A program made the translations under genes and the position numbers. Positions 54,501 through 64,000 of a stretch of 64,000 bases of DNA are shown here, one piece after another (position 1 is the stretch's first letter; every line of letters starts with the position of its first letter). Source of the stretch: Phoronis australis (taxonomy: Eukaryota > Animalia > Phoronida); the NCBI GenBank assembly GCA_002633005.1, contig NMRA01000926.1:33010-97009 (forward strand). Direction: 5' to 3'. The notes beneath the pieces are model-generated. The model saw only the letters and a program-made list of their open reading frames with translations. It was not told the DNA's origin and did not search any database.

Positions 54501-55131
54501 ATAAAGTTTTTAACTTACACACTGAGCCATCTTTGTACCACTTCTTAGTTTGTTTCTTTGGCAATCTAAGCGAAATCTTCAATACCATATACACTCATGA
54601 CCAACATTATATTTATTCGTCATCGTGAGATGGTTCTCAACCTTGTTTCAATAAGTTCAGGTTTATACTTTTTGACGCCGTAAACCTCATTGATTTTAAT
54701 ACCTCGGATAAAATGTCAGAGCAGTGGAGGGTTTTGCAGGCATCTCTTTAAAATGATTCGAACGATATATGGTGTTAGTTTTTTAACACCTTCTCTTGAA
54801 TCATAATAAAACAGATCTTTTCGTAAATATGCATCTACATGTACATCAATGTAAAAATAAGTTATGTTAATTAAACCATGTGAATGTGAAGGTTTAAGAA
54901 TGTATGAAAGTACTTCCCCTTCCCGTTTCCTTCCCTCTTTTATAATTACAGTATATCGGCTGATTATCATTAGGAGATATTTTCCAGATGCTCATTTGTT
55001 CTATTGATGTGATGTATTATACTCTAGTAAGTTGTAAAAATTTGTAGTCGGGTCCACCCAACCGCAACCGTATCTACTATTCACAAATGACATGCTTTCT
55101 GGGTAAATAAGCATATTGAAAAAATAAAAAG
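48530..55131 (+). mobile_element. Decayed L1/Tx1-clade LINE, probably with secondary insertions between ORF1 and ORF2
   Basis: ORF1 remnant 48627-49015 (EQYSRCNSIRIHGI, IDRAHR, FISEDLT). ORF2 remnants: LQET ~51460, GDFN ~51780, SDH ~52027, GPGLWK ~52081, QYADDT ~53326, CPYC...H ~54406. A-rich end near 55118-55130. Confidence 0.8.
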
Positions 55132-56922
55132 GTTCAAGAAGACATGCATTTTATTAAGTAATAAATACGCTTACAATGCCCGTTGAACTCATTCCTGGAA
55201 GCACCGACAACATGGCGACTTTTGCTGAACTGGAAGGCATGTTCAACCTGTTACTGTGTAATTTGTGAAGATTCAACATTGATAAATTTTAACAAACGTT
55301 GCTACAAAAAAGGAACTTTGTTCACTTTTCGTGTATTGTGCAAAAATACAAGGTATATTCGAAATTATGTTACTGTGAATTTCCCATTCAGGTGATCCTA
55401 CACTAAGCTAAAAAAAATTGTTGAAATAATTTTGAAATGGTTTTTTTTGACTGTCAACTGCTGTTCAAGGTTTTAGCAGGTGTCACAAAATGGTACATAT
55501 TTTTCTAAATTTTAAGTCTAAATTGCTTTCAAATCATGTTTTGCAAATTATTGCTTTCTCAATTTAGGTTATCAAGTCCACAATATGAAGAATGTTAATT
55601 AGAGAAATAAGCTATGATGGATTGTGAAGATTCAAGCCTCCAATTCTTGATCCTTGCAACTTCATATTTTTTTAAACCATGCTTGTCAAATTCGGGTGGA
55701 AGGCAACACTATTTGGTCACCATGGTAATAGTTAAATGTATGTCCACTTTCAAATCATGAAAACCAGTGCTGTTGGATAGTCTTTGTAATGCTTAAGTGT
55801 TGTAAAAAATTGTGCATTTTAAATTATTTAGTTTGGTAAAAGTTTGAATCATTTTGGCTTCCTTCGTACTCATTGCTTTAATTATTGAATAAAAATGATA
55901 ACATTTTGTATTGGACTTGTCATAGTTATGTGCTCTATTTGGAGAAATGGAAAAACGTCTGGCTCAGTCAGAGAAGCACGAACTCCGAAAAAAGTAGACA
56001 ACGAGACAAAAGTCCACTAGAAGGCACGGAGTACCAAAATTTGCCTTCTGCAAGTCATAGCTCTGAACATTCCCAGTGAATCTTATAGTAAAAGGTACAC
56101 GCTGTCAAAAATTCGAGCCCCCCATATTTTAAGCTTGGTGCGCTCATGCAAAGTCTGGGCAAATTTCTTGTGAAAGCCAACAACATTCGCAGTGCGCAAG
56201 AAGATCCCAAGTACTAAGTAAACCTCGTTTGAGTGAGCGCTGCGGTAAGGGACCAGGCAGGCCTAAGAGTAGCCTTGGCGCAAAGCTTTATAGGCCTACT
56301 AACGATAGTCTTTATACTGATAGCTGGCACTGAGGCTAGCTAACTTAAGGGCTGCAGCGGCAGTGTAGCACAGGACTAACCAGCCGTAATTTTATGTAAG
56401 TGTCTAAAACTGTCTTTGAATATATGCAGCATTGATGATTTGAACATTTTACTTCGACAAAACAGTTTGCGACCGCATGCCTTTACCGTTCGCAAGTGTC
56501 TGGTCTCGGTCCACACCGGGTCCGCTCGGCTGTGGACCCGAGTCCGGCAAAATAATTTCTGTCTAAATTTATTCGTCACATTTCATCAGCAAATTTCGAA
56601 TCGATAAAATTGTCCGTAATTTGATTTTACTAAGGCGCGCTGCCGATTATTTTATCCCCATTTGCAGGCTGGTAACAGGCACTGCTTCAGTTGCACTGAC
56701 GGCGTCAGTTTAGCCTGGATTCCTGAATGAATTGTACTTCCGGGTTCGCGGTAAGTTCAAAATGGCGGTGGTTCTTCGGGTGCGAATCGTGATTGACGAG
56801 TTTATTTAAGCTTTATTCGATTACGGATTGTGTATTAGTTATGGGGTAGGTACTTCTCGGATCATAATAACATCCTCTAACCATGTAATAAGGGTTAACA
56901 ACGTGTGAGACCAAGACTTTAA

Positions 56923-57901
56923 AGGAGAATGCCACCCGATTTAATTAGTCTTTTTTGCCGTCTTAATTGGTCTATATCCACATCGCCTCGCATACGGTCG
57001 ACCTTACCTTGCCAACAGGTGTCGCGTTAACCTGTGAGGAAGGTGAGAAAAGACGCTAGCGACGTCAGTGGTTCATATGCAGAGTGAATGCCGCTATGTT
57101 GCGGTGCATCATTCCCGCTTGTCCGAATTAGCAGCTGCGAGGAAAGCGGGTATAACGTTTTTTTTTTTTACTTAGGAAGTGGCTCATAGTAGTGAAGAAT
57201 GAAATGTAGGCTGTAAATAGCAAGTATGAGGCCGTTAAACATCAACTCCGTGTCTGTGGCCTGCAGACGTCGACGCCTGACGAATGCTGGCTAAAACTCC
57301 ATACGTTCCGTTCAGTGTCTGAGCTTGTTCACTGACGTCGCCTCTCTATTATTTCTTCATCACTGTATTCCTGTTCGAATTGATAGCCTGTAAAACTTAA
57401 CGTTCTACCTGCGAAGTCGGGACTGATGAGCGCTAGCTCGTCCAAGTCGGACCGGGGATTGATGGATGCCATGTTGTACTGAGCGTTCTGTTTCAAAATG
57501 AATTATTCTCTCCAATACTTATATAAATTGAAACAAAGCCTGTCTCATTAGATGCAATTTGTAATGCCTTTGGAGTGTTCTTGAGTGTAAATGTTTTGAA
57601 AAGCCAGCACTGAATAAATCACTGCGTAACCGGTTTTTCATGAGGTGCAATAAAACTAATTGACGGGACACCTAGGTCGTGTGAGCTCATGCAATTTAGT
57701 GTTTGCTGACAGAAACTGTTGTGAATCAACTTTATTTCCATACCACGGCCGGGTGTTAGGGGAATCTTTATTTTCATTTACAATACTCAAATAATATGAT
57801 TGTCAATGTACAACTTCTGCCCTGACGGTTCTGTGGCCAAACCAGCTTTGGCCATCTTGACGACAGTTTTCACTTCAGAGAGCATAATATCTCCAACGCC
57901 T
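56923..57901 (+). mobile_element. Kolobok-type deletion derivative, copy 2 (both ends present, decayed)
   Basis: TTAA|AGGAGAATGCC ... AACGCCT|TTAA. Colinear with the reverse complement of 1-1246; THAP remnant about 57088-57262 and antisense KolX start MASINP...GYQFEQEYSDEE. Confidence 0.8.
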
Positions 57902-58135
57902 TTAATTTTCCTGTTCAAACCAGCCAAGAAGTGATACCTGGAGCACGGGCGCCCTCGTGATCCCAAATTATCTGACGATGCTTTGCTTTAGAAAAAAAAA
58001 CCCACCCCATTGTGCAAAATTTGATGCTCACCGTCGGGTTCACAATAAATCTTTTAAGTCACGTGTCATGAACATTTCAGCTATATGTTTATCTAGATGT
58101 CGGTTATCACAGTTTTTTTTTGCATTTTTGAACAG

Positions 58136-58443
58136 ATCGTGGCCAAGACAAATGTCGACTACTTCAAGAACTCGCACTTGCTATGGCTTGCAAAGAACCT
58201 AGTGATCGACCTTGTATCAGCTCCGTGCTTGGTCGTTTGGATGATATATTAAGAAAAGGGCCGCATATCATCAACACCATAACCACAACCAGCGCCGGCC
58301 GAGACAATATCGAGGGAGAAGTAGCAGCAGCTGCTTCCTCAGGGATGTTATTATCACTAGCAATGGGAATGGCTTATGGCCCGGTAGGAGCTTTGGTAAC
58401 AGCTACGACATTCCTTGGGGGACTTTTCGTACGAAGTACGTGA
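58136..58443 (+). CDS. Probable terminal exon of the same kinase (subdomain XI plus hydrophobic C-terminal tail)
   Basis: Strong acceptor ttttttttgcatttttgaacag; phase matches the 18904 donor (G+AT = Asp). Encodes CRLLQELALAMACKEPSDRPCISSVL (the kinase PxxRP motif) and ends at TGA 58441-58443. Confidence 0.72.
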
Positions 58444-59879
58444 TTGATAAGTAGATAAACACAATACGTGTTGATTTAACCTAATTAAATTTCCCAGCGC
58501 AGACAAAATATTCCAGTGTAAGTGTTTGAAATGTTGCTCTTCATCCTAAAAATCTTTTCAAACACATGGCTCTACAGCTTTTTGTCAGTCAGTTTACTTT
58601 TTCGCCTACGTGCGAACAATTTGAAACCAAAAAGGTAACAAGAAAGAAAATAATTGATTGAAAGCACATTTTTGATATTCAAAGTTGAAAGACGTCATGT
58701 TTGAATAATGATATTTAGGACAGTCCATGATATTTTAATCATTTGCGTAGTGTAAAGATAACTTTCAAAGCATTCAAAAGCATCTATTTCGGGGATATGT
58801 GGAAAGAGAATACAAATGACTCATATTAATACATTTTTGAAACTCTGACATGTACTTTACCATTGTGCATGCAAGGTGTTCTATGTGGTCAGTCTTAGCG
58901 TCCTTTTGGAAACCATCTTGGAAATTTGCTTGAAATTGCCATGTCTGGATTACTTCTCACAGGTGCCGAGATACAACATCCAGATACGCTTGATTTGACC
59001 CATGATGCCATTTTAACTCATTATGTCCGTTTTAACCCATCATGTCCATTCCGGCACATTACTCCGGTTTTTATGTCTTATGTCAGTTTTGACTTGTTGT
59101 ATCCATGTTTGCCCGCTGGATCCGGTTTTACCCTTTAAATTTATTCCCCTTCATTAAGTTAGTTTTAGTATGTTACGTTATTAATAACCTAGTTTAAATT
59201 CCGCGGCTGGAGTAGAACAGCCATGAATTCTGGTTTGATTAATTACGCTGATTGTTATCCAGTTAATCGAATAGTTTGATTTTTTATGTCTAATTTGACA
59301 GATTAAGTCCATTTTAGTGGAACATAAATTCTTAGCTGGCGCTGTTACATGTTATTAACATATTGGTTGTTACAGCTATCTGCGGCCTGGATATATTTGA
59401 GAGTCTTGTTTTCGGACTCTTTTCGTGACACTGGCGTTGAACAGAGACAGCGGTTACAAATTATTTGCCATTTACATGTACTCGCTCCTCCTCAAAATTG
59501 ACAGCCACCAGGTGGTAATTGACACCGCTCTCAGGTGGTGATGTGACACAGAGATCCCCACCAGTGTCCCACAAAAGCGCCCAAGTTAGACCCGACAGCT
59601 AGACTATCAAGTATAAATCGACCACTGATAGGGAATGATTATTATATTTTTCGCATTTTCGAAATGGTACAGTTGCTTGTATCATCGTGTCCGTTTTGAC
59701 CAATTATGTCAATTTTTGTTGCTTAGGTCCATTTTCGCATTTTAAGTCAATTTTATGTTTTGAAATCAATCAGTTTAATTATAAAAATAACTGATTGTTT
59801 ACCTAAGGCTGGATTAGAACAAAACCCACCTTGGCATAAAAAGATCGTGCGTCTTCATTCTCGGAAAAGATGAATCCGA

Positions 59880-60570
59880 ATCATTTCATCTGGCCTCAGG
59901 TGGAGCCTGGGAAAAATGATCTTGACCGATTGTAGTAGACATTAAATGATTTTTGAAAGCATTGAAATATAAATAAACCTCATCATTGCATCTCCTACTA
60001 GTTAGGATCCTCCAAGCCATTGAGTCCAATTTAGTGTAGTGGATCAAAGCAGAATTAATAGCCAATTCAAATGATTTTAAAGTTGAATATTTAAGAAGCA
60101 TGAAACAAGAAATAAAGGGTCAAAATAAATATAATTGGTCAAAAGGAAATGATAGATCAAAATGGACTCAATGTGCCAAAAACCATTACTAGGGTATTGA
60201 TATAGGATCTTATACCCAAGTCACCAAAGATACATGTACAACTGCAGAGTTGAAGCCTCTTAGATATACACTTGACACAATTCCATGACATACAGCCGGA
60301 GACACCGTTGTTCTCCTCTCCATTGAGCCATCAAGTGAATCATACATTCTTCGACGTGGAAGAGATAGCAGTGCGACTTAGAAGAACAAGTGTCCACTTC
60401 CTTTACTCTTGATCGCGGGGTGGAGTATCGCTGGGACACTCAGCTAGATCCTTGAGTCAGGTCTCTAACTCTTTTCCAGTGCTACGCCGCACGTGGTCTA
60501 TAGGCGATGCACCACCGGGGGCCTGAGGGGGACTTAGCCCACCACTTTTTTCTGTGCTGCGCCGCCCATG
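59880..60570 (-). mobile_element. Possible very old hAT transposase remnant
   Basis: Minus strand FNAFKNHLMSTTIGQDHFS resembles the hAT dimerization motif (LRST.GQ.RLS); MITE-like GC-rich end near 60500-60570. Weak. Confidence 0.25.
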
Positions 60571-63232
60571 TATATTAATGAAGCATGAACGTAGTCCCAG
60601 GTGATCGGTGTAATGTGCTCACCTGCGTAGTCTCCACATGTCTGATACAACGAGCATTAATTTTCTTCGAGCTATTTTTATTCGACTTGGGGAACTTTTC
60701 CATAACAATCGATAAGCTTGCCCCAAATTTTAGTCTGCTGTCATCAAACTTTTGGCGGATGACGAGGGTGATAGAGCATTGTTTTGTTACAAATATTTGT
60801 TATATATTGTTGTAATTATATGTAAATTGGCCAAAACTTTGTTGCCCTTTTTCTAGGTCTTTGGCTACATTGTACCTCCCACCTCTAAATATGACGATAC
60901 ACTATCTAATGTGACCAGTCTTTATATTATGCAAATTAGTTCAATGTGAATGACTGCTTAAAATTTCATTATTCAAACACAGTGTCAGACAACCCTGAAC
61001 ATCTTAAAGCCTATCTTCAACGGTAACACCTGTAAATTTGGTTCCTACAGTATGTTAAGAGCATCGATTTTAACCCACTAGTGCCATCAATTGCCAAATA
61101 TAACGAACTGTTAGGTGTATTAGCTTGCTTTTGTCTACGTTACCGCGAGAATCACCCTTTAATTTAAACAGCTGCTGGTGACGCAACATAACACGAAAAG
61201 GCAATTTCACTTATCATGTGACGGGCTTACACTTGCGTGATTGAACTCGCGTTTCCTTAGTTTACTAAGTCTTTGTTGGGACAATCTGGTTAGCCTAATA
61301 CATCAAATTCCGTTGAAGTTAGGCTTTAAGAGGTGCCGTTGTTTTGATTAATTATTATTTTCATTCTATCCTTTGCATGAAATTTGACTAACACTTTTAA
61401 AAATTTTTCACATGTATCCAGATTTGTTCTATGCTATGTAATTAAGAGCATTGACTTCATCTTACCCAAAACTAACACAACGCTCGTATTTTGCTTAAAC
61501 ACGTTAGTATTTGTTATTCTCTACAGTGATATAAGATATTTCAAACAACACGATTTCCGACAAAATTCCAATATGGTTTCCAACATGGTAGCAAAAAAGA
61601 CGGTGTGAGCTAAAATGCCGGCTTGTGAACAACAATCTTGGAGGATGTCAAAATGTACCTTAAAAGAGTACGTATATACCATTTGATTGCTTAAAAACCC
61701 TCTGTTTACACTGGACTAATATGTATAATTGTTTTATTTTCTAATTTGTGTTTCCAGATGCTAGAAGATGAGTTCAAAAGAAGCCGTCAATTGAGGTTTG
61801 CCATCAATACTAAAGTTTGAGTGTGTATATTGAAAATGTAACCATGGTCAGACTTGATATAGGTTTATATAAGTTTTATAAGTTATTATCGCTTACTGAC
61901 AACTGTAAACGCTATTCACATAATAATTAAGCAAAGCGCAAATACCAATCAAGCAAAGAAAGCAATTTGTGTCAACATGCGAGCAACCACGCTTTCCGGT
62001 CGTGGCAGTAACTGTAATGTACATGTAGTTGTTTTCTTCATGTGTTTGCTTTTTTCATAGTTAACATACTACATGTATGTATCTAAACAGTAAACTAATT
62101 GATGATTTTTCAAACCGAAACTTGATGTTTGTTGACCAATGCCGATCAGAGGATTCACTTTTGGAAGAGTTAAATATAAATCAGAAGGTTGCCATCGAGG
62201 GATTCTCAGAAAATGTCGGTTTGTTCACGGAATCAATGGAATGAAAATAGAACTGTTGGGCAAAAGTTATGAGAAGGAATATTAGCAGAACTTGGATAGG
62301 ATTATGCAGCATAGTTTCGAACTTTTGACGAACTTATGGCAGGTTTTTCAATCCTGACGATCTTGCAAAATTTCAACGGACTTCTGCACTTCTGAAGTTT
62401 AAATTTGGCTAGAAATGCTCCTCGAGTCAAAATGCTGTCGGTTTAAACGCATACCACTTAATTTTGTTAAAGAATCCTTGTATAGTTTGACTTATGTGTG
62501 GCATAATTATGAATACGAGTGATCAAATCTTTGAAACGATTAAGTTAGCTCATAGGCGTAATGCGCGATCATAATAAGGCTTCTCACAGAAAATTGACTC
62601 GCATTTTGTACATTAAGACATTGACGTGTTTGTAGCACGCTTTGAGAAACGACCCATTTTATTTGAAAAAATATCTGCATTACATGCATTTGAAATCCCG
62701 GCACGTTTTGCTGAATCCACAGTCCAAACCTGTATAATAGCATTTTTGTGAAATGCTTAACTTTTAAGTGTTGCGCCTTGAGTTTTTTCTTCGAATACAA
62801 TGTATACAAAATAATCTCAGAAAGATCAATTTATATGAGGGATCAAACAAGTAGATTTGTCATTTGTGTCCACATTAAAGTATGTTTAGCTTATGAATGT
62901 ATGTTAGTTGTATAGTGTGTGTCTTTTATCTTAGATGTGCCTGATGACGAATAAATGGCATCTTTCATGCACTTGGTAATCTCTATTGACATGCAGACCC
63001 TAGTGGCAATTAAACATTTGAGATATCAATTTCGTCCCCTGCCGGGTCCTCATACTTATATGTACGTACACGCGTTTTCCGAAGCACTAATCGTGGAAAT
63101 CCACACCACTTGATGTGTAATTTTACTAGTAAATAACACCACCGTATTTGGGTGTATTTATGTCCTTGGGCTTACATGTACATGTATATGTGAAGATTTG
63201 CCTCAATCCGGAATAAGGTGCATGCGTATTAA

Positions 63233-63697
63233 AGGCGAAGGCAACTTTTGTCATGTCATTTTGAGCAAAAATAATATTCGTTGATTATCCTAGAAATATT
63301 TCTCAGTTAATTAAAGTATTTTTGGCAATTTAAACAATTACTCGTCCTCTACTCCGGAAGTGACGGGCAAGTGGGACAGTTGCTCCTCTGTACGTGAGAT
63401 GATAACGAGTACACCCGGTGCGCAACAGCAGTGTGGCATGTTGACCGACTCGTAAACAAAAGTAAACGACGACCGAACTTATCACAACCGAGGTAGAACT
63501 ATTTCGCCAGCTCTCACAGTCAGACTATATGAAAATAAATTGGCGCGAAATTCTTGCCTCCCAAAACGTCACTTCCGGAGAAGAGAAAGAATAATTAATT
63601 AAAATACAAAAAGCTGCAATGAAGTGAAAAATTTGTCTGAGATAATCCACGAGCCTTATTTTTGCTAAAAATGACCTGAAAAGGGTTGTCTTCGCCT
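63233..63697. mobile_element. Kolobok-type MITE with long imperfect TIRs
   Basis: TTAA|AGGCGAAGGCAAC ... GTTGTCTTCGCCT|TTAA; inverted similarity extends about 130 bp to CTCCGGAAGTGACG / CGTCACTTCCGGAG. Confidence 0.85.
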
Positions 63698-64000
63698 TTA
63701 ACGTAAAACAAATGTGTAAAACCAAGGCTATAAGCTTCGCCTATTCATAACAAAACTGTAAGAATTTTGCGGACGTGTATCGAATTTAAATTTAATTGAA
63801 GTGACAAGTACTTAATTAAAGACAAAACTAACTGGTCTATCATAACGCTAAACCCTCGTGAGAGACCGCCCTGAGTTGGCTGCTGGAGCAACTCGGGGCG
63901 GTCTGGGATCAAGCGGAAAAACCGCAGGGTAAATCTGTGGTCGACGAATCTATTCGGTCGATTACATTTTATTGCCCGTGAAGCCGCTAAGGGCTGCCTG

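Noticed and set aside
62100-62810. Coding-like stretch with a CxxC motif
   Set aside because: Multiple stops in all frames and no recognisable domain.

Overview
AT-rich, repeat-dense animal genomic DNA (probably a marine invertebrate; inferred from the transposon repertoire) with three assembly gaps (230-598, 12818-13711, 36653-36950). Only one host gene is supported: a + strand Ser/Thr protein kinase. Its exons at 17993-18292 (alphaC, HRDLKPRN) and 18730-18904 (DFG, APE) splice in phase across a ~39 kb intron to a terminal exon at 58136-58443 that supplies subdomain XI and a hydrophobic Gly/Ala-rich tail. The rest is layered mobile DNA: two inverted Kolobok deletion derivatives (THAP plus KolX remnants, TTAA); a TTAA-flanked element in two copies; an AcademX-like element with TIRs, a 3-bp TSD and nested MITEs/LTR-like pieces; and a Sola3-like transposase remnant. 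The intron also holds a ~16 kb co-oriented array of two Helentron/HINE-like families rich in TGACCT motifs, a CR1/L2-type LINE inserted into that array, a palindrome-bearing 360/174-bp satellite and a decayed L1/Tx1 LINE. Family names come from recalled motifs, not database searches, and most repeat boundaries are approximate.
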